Positions 1 to 12,300 of a stretch of 64,000 nucleotides of DNA are shown here, piece after piece (position 1 is the stretch's first letter; every line of letters starts with the position of its first letter). The position numbers and the translations under genes are program-made. A model generated the notes under the pieces. The model did no database searches. It saw only the letters and a list, made by a program, of their open reading frames with translations, and had not been told where the DNA came from. This DNA is from Perna viridis. Taxonomy: Eukaryota. The stretch lies in assembly GCA_037379345.1 (NCBI GenBank), contig CM074514.1, positions 19,840,001-19,904,000 of the forward strand, written 5' to 3'.

Positions 1-330
1 TAAAATGTACTCTAATTTTTGCTTCATGAAAAGCTTAGTAAGTTTGGTGTAATGTTATTTTTGCTTGTTAATGAACTATTTTGAAACCATGACATGTTTT
101 CATCCAAAATGAAAGATTTAAGTGTTATATATGTAGTTTGATTTGAGTAGTAGAAATAAACAGCATGAGGACAGTTAGATCTTATAATTATATAGGGGAA
201 TACAAATAAGTATTGTGGGCATTCAAGCAAAATTAAAATTATCACCTTTAAGTATTGAAGAAAAAAAGATAGATTTATTAAAACACTAAAGTATTTTTAT
301 CTTAAACTGAATGTTTTTCTTGTATTTCAG

Positions 331-3300
331 GGAGGAAATTGATTGGTCCAGTAGAATCATGGACAACAGCTGAGTTGTTTACAAGTCATTTACTGAATAC
401 CAGGTATTTAAAGTTTTACCTCCGAGCCAAAAGAAGTAGTTGTTCTGTGATCTGTCACTTATCTAAGTCAGTTCAGCCCATGAAAATAATCACTTTAATA
501 GATAAATTTAATAAAATAGCAATTACTCTTAAGATTTGTCTAGGTAGAGGTGATTGTAACTGATATCATTTGGGTTATTGTTATTGATACAGTTGTTTAT
601 ATATCCTATATTGTTTCTTGTGAACACATATACATGGATGTTTGGATTCTTTATACTTTTCTTCATCTTTAAAGGTAACTGCACTTAGTTAATATTATGA
701 AAGTAGCTGCTATTGTCATGGGAAAATTTTCACTTACACAAACTATTGCCTTTAGGACAAATATATTTCATTCTTTTTCCTTAACTACATTGTCTGTCAT
801 GAAATATTGTATGCAAATTGATTGATAAAATCTCAATTTGAGTTTTTACTTCATTCATAAGTATTTGTTCATATTTTCTACGGTAAGATAAACAACAGGA
901 AACTATAATGATAATAGAAATAATCAGAAATGATGTTACAAGATGCTAATTCCATTTGTTTTGTCAGCCACAGGTGTTAAATAGTCTTAACGTTATTGTT
1001 TACATGAGGTACTCACCTCATAAATGTCTTTTAAAACATTATAGTCAGGAGATAGAAAAACCACAAATGCTTGAGGACTTGTACGAATTACAATTTATAT
1101 TTTCTGAGTGTTTTAGTTACATTGTTTTTATTTTGATATTTTTAACCAATGGTTATCTACACCCATTAAAAGTTTGAGAAAGTGTGTACCATATTCATGC
1201 TGGTTTTACCTGTCAACATGTAGCAAGTCTCATAATTGCCTCTAGAACCAAATGATAAAGTGCCGAAACTTACATGGCATTAGTCATACCTGGTACCAAG
1301 CAGTTTCATTAGCTTTCTGTTAAGATTGTTAAGATGTCATTCTGTCGTTTACTCTGATTTTCGGATTATTCTAGGGGACTGAAAGAGAACAGTTTTGGTT
1401 GGACACTCCAACTACAAGAAGATGTTGATTATTATGAATTAATGGGATATGAGTATGTCCTTGATCTTTTGAGTGAAATGGAGATTCCTCCTGGATTCCC
1501 TGTCTGTAGATCTTACAATCTGGTATCTTCTGATAGAACCAGAGACCCATCACAATCAATCAGAAAAGCCTACAAAGATACGTAAGTTCAAATTTGTTTT
1601 CTTTGACTACTAAGTTCTTCAATAACTTTTTCCTCATATTGAGAATGAAAGCACATAATTCTTTTAGCATAAATTTTTGAAGTTACATTTTGCAGACAAG
1701 AAGATGTGAATCATTGTTTTGAAATAGAATGATTTTCATTTTTTTTTTTTTATAAATCTTAAAAGCACTCAGGATGATGAATTTAAATTAAGTTTATTAA
1801 AATGGTGACTTTTTTTTTCACTTTTTCATATTTCATTCTTCTGAAGAATGATAAAATGATATACTGTATAAAATATTTGTAGACCACACAACACAGATGC
1901 CCCACGTTACATGACTTTACCTGGAAAACTTCCAGAACCATTCAAAGTAGTTTCTAAGAGACTAGAAGAGAGATCATTCTCTCCAAGGACTAAAGAAGCT
2001 AAAGATCCTGGTGATGGAATCGAATTCTCAATGACAAGTGTACTTAATCAAAGACCAACAGACATTGCATTAGAGGGACTATCGGAGAGTAAACTTAACA
2101 TGCGGTACATAAAACGTAAAGCCCCTAACCCCCCATCTCCTAATACTGCCCCAACAAATGGATTTACAAATGGAGATATTTCATCTATTACTGAAGGCCG
2201 AGAACTTGACCTGTCACAATCCAAACTTAATAGTAGATATTCCAATGGTGTGATTGCTAATGGGGGCAATAGACAATTGGAGGAAACGAATCTAAGCCCA
2301 AGCTCAAAATTAAATGCCCGTTATATGAAGGGAATGAGAGGCACCAGAAAAACAGGAGTTCAGGATAAAATTTCCAAGAAACAACAGTTAGATCAGAGAT
2401 TAGAACTGCAGACAACTGGTTCTGACATATCTCACGTGACAGGACAATCTGATTGGTCTCACTGGGTGGAGGATGTGTTTAACAATGCTCTGGATGAACA
2501 TGTTGATTCATTAAGTGATGCACGATCAGTAGAGAACAGACTCAAAGGTGGAGGCAAAGGAATCCCTGGTCCTGGTATGCAGGTATGTTCTAAATAGTCA
2601 ATGTAAGTATTGGACCTCAGCAGGATCCCGCTTCTAGGCGTAATCTTACTCTGGTTTCTTCCTTCATATAGTATTTCTAAAGCAGGAATAGTGTTTCCAA
2701 ATCATACACTCTAATAAATTCCTGCATGTAATTCAGATTGTCCATAAGGTTCCCAAATTGTGCTAAATTACTGACTCATATATCTTCTGGTTCTTATAAA
2801 TTGGTCAGTACATTGATAGGCCGAAAGAGAACTTAATATTCTCTTACTCTCTTAATCAATTATTGAATGGTATTTCTCCTGTGTTATTACTTTATTCTAC
2901 CCACAGTCCAAAATAGACAGGGGTATATTGTTTTATCATGTCTATTCATCTGAAAAGAATGGTTACTTTCCATTTTCTCAAGAACTAAAAGTCACATTCT
3001 CTTGGTATTTGATATTTGGAATGTAACATTTATGAAAAGTCCCATACAGGGCTTTCTTGTTTCAAGCATATATCTCATCTACTCCTTGTTTAATAACTTT
3101 TTAATATACTTTTCCTACATACAAGGTAAGGTGAACACTTTTCATCACACTTTCCTTAAAAACTACAGTGTACAGTCTCTTGATATGTAGCCTGTTAACT
3201 TCAAACTTCAATTAGGGGTCCTTACTGGGCTTACCATTTTGAGACCTGTGGTATGCCCACTTCCTGTTCAGTGACTGAGTGAATTTTGAAGCATTTATGA

Positions 3301-6300
3301 TTAGAGATAATATTTTACGTTACACTTTTCTCAGAAACAATAATTCACAGGCTCTTTATATATGGCCTTTAAACTTCAGTTAGGTGTCCCATAATGTTCT
3401 TACTGATTAAAGAACTGTGGTGTGTCATCTCCGTCTGTATGCACTTTTGCAATGAGTCTACTTAGGGAGATTGGGGTATACATAGTCAGCTGTTATGTGG
3501 AGGTTTCTTGTTTGGAAATGAAAGTTGTTGTTATATTTGTTACTAATTTGGCATGCATCAGCTAATTATGTTTGTACTTCATGAACAGTACATGCTTGTT
3601 ATCTAGCAATTCATCTTTAGGGAGAATCCCACATTTTTTTATCTCAGCTGCCATTGAATGGATTGATTTAAAATTTGACCATGTGGCTTCATATAGATGG
3701 TTCATACATTTAGTCAATTTTGATTGCTGTACAATGTCAACTTCGTATTATATGAGAGTTTGACATTTTTCACTATACATTTTATGGAATGATAGAGGAA
3801 ATTTCATCATAGAAATCTTAGCTTCTAATGGATAGATTGATTTCAAATTTGGTTTGTTGCTTTATATAAATTGGACATAAATTGTGAGGGATTATTATTG
3901 CTTTACTATATCAACTTCCTGTTTGAATGGGTGTTGTCATAGTATAACAATGTATGAAACTTAATGTTTTGATATTCTTTAGTTTTGGAAAAGTTGAGTT
4001 TTCATTTATGGTTATCATCAGAGCATCGTGTTTTTAAAAGAAGTTTACATTTAATTGGGTTTTGTGCTTTGATTAGAGCATGAAAAACTGCAATGTATAA
4101 GAAACCATTAAAATTATCCAACATTTTTTTCGCTCTCTCTCTATCAATTGATCTAAAAGTACTTTACCTAAACATGCACGTGATGTAGTGACAGTTGAAC
4201 TTGTACAAAGAAAACCACAAAACTTTCTATGTATCTTCTTGTCAGGTCACATTGTACAGATCTGCGTCATGTTAGTGAGTGTGTAACTTATCAGGATGTT
4301 CGCCAGGGATAAATGGTGTACACATTTTTTTCACAATTTTCTTGAGAACATTGATAATTATTGTGTAACTGTCAAATTAAGGCATGATTACATTTGAATA
4401 AGACATGAAACTATCTCTTGTTTTTCATAAGTTTGTCAACAAGTTGATGTTACTATTTTAGACAAAAACAAAACAAGTTGCCCCTTAAGACAATTATCAA
4501 ACGAGACATCTGAATTTTCACTTGATCAAAACTTTTATTGTCGCTTTGAGCAATTCAGAATGAAGCAAAATGAGATATTTCCTTGAATATATTTAGATTA
4601 TTTTGTTCTGATAAAAACTACATGTTAAATGACATGTTGAGATATTTTTTTCCTCTTTTTTTTCAAACTTCATTCAGGATTCAGTAAAACAATTTCTGAA
4701 ATGCAGCTAACATTATTACATCTGCTTGCAACAATCTTCATCACTGATGCGTTTTGTGATCTTTTGACCACCAAAAGTACCTCTGGTAGTATGTTGTATG
4801 ACAAATCTGCCATCATTCAGATGAAATAAAGCTTTTGGCTCAAGGCACACATTGGGTGTAACAAAATAACTGTGGATTGGCGTGTACATCTCAACTTTGT
4901 TCAAACATCTTTTTGATGCAGTGTAGTTATTTCGGATTCTGAATGGATTAAAGTTTTTTCTGCAAGTGGTTGTTTGCAATTCAACATTTTTTTGTAATTA
5001 CAAACTTTTGTAGGATATTGTTGCTAGAATGATTAAGGTTTTTCTAGGGATTATTGTGTGTTTAATAGTGTGTAGATAATTGATTATAAAATATTGGATT
5101 AAAAACAATGAAGGACAGAACAGTGGTAAGTTTTGAAAGTGGACATCAATTTTCAAAGTAAAATTTGAGAGTAAAATTCAGATTTCATTTTTATAGTTGA
5201 TAGGTTTATTTTTGTAAATGTGCTCAGTATAAAGATATTATCTGATAATTTTCAACCATTCCAGACTTATTTTTGTATTATCCAAAGATACAGAAAATCT
5301 GTATTTATGTCAAACTGCTGAAAGTCAAACCCGATTTTTAATAAGTATGACAACTGCCATAAATTAAAAGAAGGGCTGTGGTTAAATATAATCGTGACAC
5401 TTAATCATAGATCATTAGAAATGTGAAAATCCTCCACTATAAATAAGCATTTTGTAGGACTTTTAGCTATTTCATCTACCTTTTTCACTGGTCAAAAATA
5501 ATTATATGAAGTTTTATACACTTGTCAAAATAGTTATAGAAAGTTTTAATTTCTGAACAAACTATGATAAATTGTCTCATTTGAATCATTTTATAATGGT
5601 TCCTGATTTGTATCACCACTTTACAATTGTCATCCAAATAGAATATTTTTATGTGTTTAGACTTTAATTATCACTCCAGATGTTGGAAGTCTTTAAACAT
5701 TTATGTCTCATTTATGAAATAAAAAAAGAAATTGAAATATATTCTGTTTGCTTTTTGAAAGTAAGTGTGATACCTCATTTAATGTTTAATTTTTTTCAAC
5801 AGATTTATCTCAGAAATTTTAGAGAAATTATAAAATTAGTGTAGTTTAAGTAGTATAACTACAATGTATTACGAAGTATAGTGAATGCCTTGGAGTTGTC
5901 ATGTGGTATTTTGTGGGATAGATTGATTTGGGATATGCTATAAATCTTGACATTTGACATAACTTAATACTCCTGTTCATTCATCTTTCAATACACATCA
6001 AAGAGATCCATGCTTTTGAACACTCCCTGACCCTTAGGCCTCTGTGTCCTACCATCCTTTCTATGTGATTTTGTCCTTCAGCTGTGGTATTTGACAATGA
6101 TGACATGAAAATTTTGCAAATATGGGTCAAAGGTTAAGGTCATCTGGGTCATTTGTCAACTTAGGTGGATAAGATGTTATGATATTTAAATGTTTGTTAA
6201 GTAATTTGTTTCTAATGCAACATTTTTCTTCAATAAAGTCATTATGTTTTCACAATATAAAACTGTTGCAATAGAATATTGATAAAAGGACAATTATTTT

Positions 6301-9300
6301 GATATTTGCTTACAGTTTAAAAAAAGTTTTTTTATTCAGTCATTCTCTTTATTTAAAAAAAAATGGTTTATTGTTGTTTCAAGATTTTTGGAGTTCATAT
6401 GACAATCAGTTTAGTCAATGAGTGTTAAAGAGATTAAACTCAAACAGAAAAATACCAAAGTACCCTCCCCCCAAAAAAACAAAACAAAACAAAACAAAAA
6501 AAATCACCTCATAAATTTTTTTTTCAGTATTCTACATGAAATAATCCAGCATTCTTTTGAATTCAGAAAGTATCCTATTCTTAGTAAAGAAAAATCAGTA
6601 ACATAACTTTAAGAATTTTATGCTATATTTTCAGGCCCAACCCCAGGTACCTACCTCCCTACCACTGTTTGTGAATGGTAATGTAGGGGGCATGGCAGGT
6701 GTAGGTGGTGTAGCAGGTGTCCAGTTACCAACCAGTCCTGGACAGAGCCCTCAAGTTCCTCAAGGTAAGTTCACAACCAGTCTAGCATTGTCATCCTAAT
6801 ACTTGGTGGACATGTTGGGAAAAAAAGTAGAACCATGTACTTTAATTCCATGGTGTCAATTTTTGTGATATGATGTGATTGCTTTGCTGTAATTGAGTTT
6901 AAGGATTGTATAGATTTCAGTAAAACATCAGGTTTCAATCTAAAAAAATATTTTGTCTGGAATTCATGATTTTACCAACACATCCAAAACCTCTAAAACT
7001 GGAGTCCCACTTGGACCACATGAGTGATTACTGTGTTCGTAGTTAACTTTCATTCATTATAGCTTCACTGAGACTGCAGTTATTTCATTCCTTTATTTGT
7101 TGAGAGGTCAGTGGATATGTGGTTCAGTCAAGCAATTTGCAAAGGTCAAAGTGCAAAAGAATACCAACAAGGGACGAGATGCATGTTACAGTAAATAAAA
7201 ACAAAGAAAAACAATAATGCTGGTTGGACATAGTCCCTTATGTACCTATATATCTGGAAAATTTGCAGCAGAAAAATATTTATTTCAATATCACAATCAT
7301 TTACCTTTAATACTAGGAATAAACATACTTTATTTGGTGTATTATTTTACAGATATGTCAACATTACTCCAGTTACAGCAACAGATAGCAGCTCAACAAT
7401 TAGCACAACAACAAGCTCAGCAACAGGCCTTACTCCAGGCTTACATGAATCAAATGGTAAGCTCTCTCATTACCTTGGCTGATCAACCTTATTCTTTATA
7501 CTCAAAACATTGAGTCTGGATTTTGACCTTGATTAGGTACCACTGCATTTGTTACTGTAGAAATATAATTGTTTCATGGGTTATCAGTTTTCATGGTTTT
7601 TGTGGGCTTGGCAAACCATGAAAACTGAAACTCATCAAAATGGAAATTCCCCATTTTTATTGTATGCTAGAGTAATCAAATCAATGAATTTGAGAATCTA
7701 CAAACTGTCGTTTTTTCCCCTAAACCAGGAAAATTGGTTTCCACAAGTAAAAGTACTTTCACTTTGGAAGACAATTCTGTATCTTCATTGGATTGTAGGT
7801 ATTTTCAAGGCAGCTTGGTGGTCTGTTTTCTTTTGCATAGGTAACAGTTAACTCAGAATTTATAGCTTGGTTGTCAGAATTGGCATCTTTTAAACAAAAT
7901 GAGATTTAAATCATTGTGATGTAAGATGAATGATTATACTACTTTGGTTAAATTTAACCAAGTTTTCCAGGTAGATTCTCTGTCTCTTGTGCTGTATGTA
8001 TTTGTAAAACCATTACAAATATCCTGGATTTACAGTATATAATACCCTCTACACAATGAATGGTGGTTTATTGGAATCGCCTTGTCTGTTCGTCATGCAG
8101 TCCGTCCATCTAAATTTCATCGCAATTATCTAGGCCCACTTTGGATGAATTTATTTCAAATTTAGTATGTGGCTTTAGGTAGATTGGACATATGTTGTAG
8201 GCAATTTTGGTTCCTGTCTGATATCAACTTCCTGTACTAGTGGGCTAAACTATGCAACTTCATGTTATTCCCTCTAAATATGACAGCGGTTTTCTGAAAC
8301 CTTTCCTGAAAGTGTTTTTGACAAATCAGCTGATATTTAAATAGCTTATACCTATGACTGACAGAGGGAGGTCTTATGATTTCTAAAGATCAATTGGGTA
8401 TTGCTACTTCTTCTCCCCCCAAAAAATACAAGACTTGTAGACCTTTTTGTGGTAAGTCGATGAGCATGCTCAATCTACACTTCAGCTAGATAGGGCTTGG
8501 GTATAACTAAAGAATTTCCCTTCCAGAGGTGTACCAGTTTATTGAACATACTTCATGCATGCTCATCAACTATCCCTCAGCTAGCATAAAAGGGTCTATT
8601 AAACTGAAATTTAGCAAATGCTTGATCATAGATACAATTCAGTTCTTTGTCAAACAATCATTTTACACTGATTACATGAATTTCAACACTAATGTTTTAT
8701 GTGATGAGAAATTTTGATGTTGCCCTTTTAGGAAAAGTTTTACAAAACAAGTCTTCAGAATGTGAAGGAGGTATTGTATTTAGCAAAGTTGTGTAGAATA
8801 GATGTAAAGATTTTTGAGAATACCATTTTGTATTTATAAGGTTTTGCTTTATCAATATGAAGCTGTTCCTGTAAACCATTCGTTTGTTAATAATGTGTTA
8901 ATGATTGATACATAATTCATTAAAAGGCTAAATGAGGCCGAGGATAGTATGCTACGCGGGCGTTGCATTTACTTTGAATAATTTATTGTGCAAATCACGC
9001 AAAGCAGATTTATCTTCTTTTGGGAACTTTTTTGTGGCATTTCTTTTAAATGTGGAGAATTGTAATGAATTATGACCTTAGATAGGAAATTGATACCTTT
9101 GCTGAATGTGAGAGGACTGCACAATGCTTTTCACAGCAAAATATTTTAATAATGTACCTAAACCTTGGATATAAGAAAAGTGGTTAAATATGATGATTGC
9201 CACAGAGCTAACTTTGTTTTTAGCTTAATGTGTGTTTTTTTTTTGCTGTGTTCTAGCTATGAAATGGCAGTATTAAGTTATTCACATGTATTTTAATTGA

Positions 9301-12300
9301 CATTGTATTTAGAAACACTTCATTCTCAAGAGTCAAGGGAAACCACAGTTACTTTTCATGGTTACCAGTTTTGAATGAAAATATTTGTATTCAAACTTAC
9401 AAACTTGATTTGTCATATTGCCATTAACATCATGAATTCGAGTTGTTGAAACAATGGATACCGCAGTACAAGATAAATGATAGTTATATTTATATTATCC
9501 CACATCTCTCTCTTATTTAAAATGATTTATTCTGGATATTATAAATCAAAATTGTTTCACAGGCTGCTAGCAATCCACAGGTAGATTATAAACTTATAGC
9601 TTATTTTCACTAATTACTAGGACATTGCATGTAACACCCAAACTGCTTGTTAATATGTAGAATCCTGTGATAGAAGTCTCCACAACTGTTCACTGTTATT
9701 CTTTTAATTCTTTTTTTGTCTAGATGTAAATCAGTTTATTATTTAAAAATTATCACTTAGTTTTTTTTATTTACTACATTGTATTTAAAAAAAAAAAACT
9801 GTTTAATATTTTTGGGGATTTCTTTTTTGTCTCTATCAAATACTTTTTTCCTTTAAAAAGTACATAAGTAAAAGCCAATTAACTGTTGCTGTTTGGTCAA
9901 CATTTCAGAGTTTGTAGTTGATTAAAAAAAAACATTTTGGGGACCATTCATCATAACACTGTGAGCTTATTGCAGAAAGAACTTACCTCATTTTTAAAAA
10001 TTTTTTTGGTTAGATCGAGACATTGTCTATTTGGACAATAACTTACCCATATAACATTGCACATCTAAGTCAATCATGCTACACATTACTAATCGATTTC
10101 TCTTTCAAAGACATCACCAGTGTAGATTTTGGTTGATTCAAAATTGATTTGTTGGTCTAAGTAATGACAAAGAGCTAGAAGGGAATAGTTGACTGGTTAA
10201 AGGATTTATATTTATTGCTAATGTACCCTGCTATATCATTTTTATATATATATCCTTATTTTAGTTTATTATTTTTTTAAAAGTGACATGTCTATAAAGA
10301 TAACATTAAAAATATAATGCCGACTTGATGATTTTAATCTTTCCTTAAAACTTCTTGAAATTCAAAGGTCTTTTTAAATGTTTTTTTTTTTTTTTTTTTT
10401 TAAATCAACCAAATCTTGATCTATAAAACTATAAATATTTTTATGTATGAGCTATAAATGTCCAGCATTAAAATTGTGATGTCAACATTTCAGGCCCAGG
10501 CACAAGCACAAGCTCAGGCTCAGGCTCAGGCTCAAGCTCAGATGCAAGCTCGTTACCAACAGCAACAACAGCAGCAACAGTTACTCCAATCAGCACAACA
10601 GCAACTCTTACAGCAACAGATGATTGGACAACAAAATTTCGTTAGCCCCAGCTCGAGTATGAACTCAGTGGGTGTATCACCATTCACACAACAACAAGTT
10701 AATGGGGCACCTGCTAATGCTGTCAGTGGTATTACAGTACAGCAAGAAAGTTCTGGAGGGCAGCCAAAAAAGGTGTACAAAATTAAATCACAGTTTGAAG
10801 GTAGATCAGAACATAAAAGCTTTGGACTTCAAAACAATGTATCTAATGAACAAAATAAAGGAGTAACTATTCAGATGGAATCCCAGCAGAATGAGCATCA
10901 TGATCGAATGCCTGCTGCACCTCCTCCTCCTCCACCACTACAGTTTCAGGACAAAGATTTGATCAGTCCAAGGATGCAGGTCAAGGCTGTGCCACCTCCG
11001 CCTCCTCCCCCACCCCCTCCCTCCATGCCAAGAGAGGATAACTTTAACAGGGAGAAGGGAACATTCTCATTCACAGACAAAAAGGGAAGAGCAAGAACTG
11101 TCAGGATAGGTAGAGTTGTATGGCCACCTCCCGCCAATGATGGACCTAAAGAGAAACGTGAGGTTGGACGTTTGGAAATTGATGAACATGTGGAACAAAA
11201 ATTGAATGAGAAAATGGGTGGTAAGAAACAATGGAAGAAACAAGAGGAACCACCTCAAGTTGAACATAAAAAGGTATATAATTATTACATTATCTTGTGA
11301 TTTTATTCATCAAAGAAGAATTATATAATGTGTCTGTACAATTTGATTTCAATGGTAGGGTAAGTGAAAACAAAATTTTACAACAATTTTTATATGTAAT
11401 GTGGGGGGGGGGAAAGAGGACAAGTTTTCCATTTTTAAGGTTGTTGTCTTATGGAAGTTTTCCCCTTGTCTCTGTAAAGATTAAATTATTTGAAAAATAA
11501 TGAATGTGAAATTACAGGAGAGTACCAGCAGAACCAAATCCTTAACAGAGACCGTACACCTTGCTACCCTCCAGTTATTGGAGGATAAGTTAGGAGGTAA
11601 AAAAGAGACCCATTCAGATGAAGTACAAACTGACGAACCTCCTCCTCTACCTCCACCAAGACAAGAAATTGTTGGTAAGTGGAAGATATTTTGTCTGTCT
11701 GTCTTGCTGCATCTATTGTTCTATGAAGATGGGGACACGTAGTTGTGATAATCAGAACTTTAAAAGATTTTGGTCTGACCAGATATTATGAGGCTTTGAT
11801 TAAGTTCACTTTCATTGTTTTTTTTTTCATAGTCAAAACAAACATACTTTCAAAGCTTGCTTATATGAGAAGGTAATGGTTATTTTTTGCAAGTTTTATA
11901 ACTTTATTACGCAACAATTACTGTGTTATCTTAAAATTCATGCAGGAACTAATGCTTATGTATCTTTCATGTTTTTTGTAAGAACATATTACTCTTAAAG
12001 AAAAAAAAAACATTTACAAAAATACTTTGTGATGTGAGGTTCTGTAAGTATTGAATTACAAGGGAAATAGAACTTTTTTTTTCATTCTCATGACCAGGAT
12101 ATTCTAAACCTGTGAAAAATATTTATAAGAAAAAGGTATGTTTTATTTTCATAGTGAGAGAACTGCCTCCACCACCCCTGCCAATAACCCCACCACCACA
12201 AATATCACATGCTAAGCATGAAGAAGAGATTGTGGAAAGAAAAGTTGTGGAACCAGTCCAAGAGAGGACTATAATAGATTATACTACTGTAGAGAAGATC

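Noticed and set aside
6082-6132. Exon-like segment (ccttcag ... aag|gttaag)
   Set aside because: It contains an in-frame TGA in the phase required by the flanking exons.
10553-11267. Antisense Cys-rich and Gly-rich ORFs
   Set aside because: They are shadows of the polyQ and poly-Pro codons of the myosin exon.
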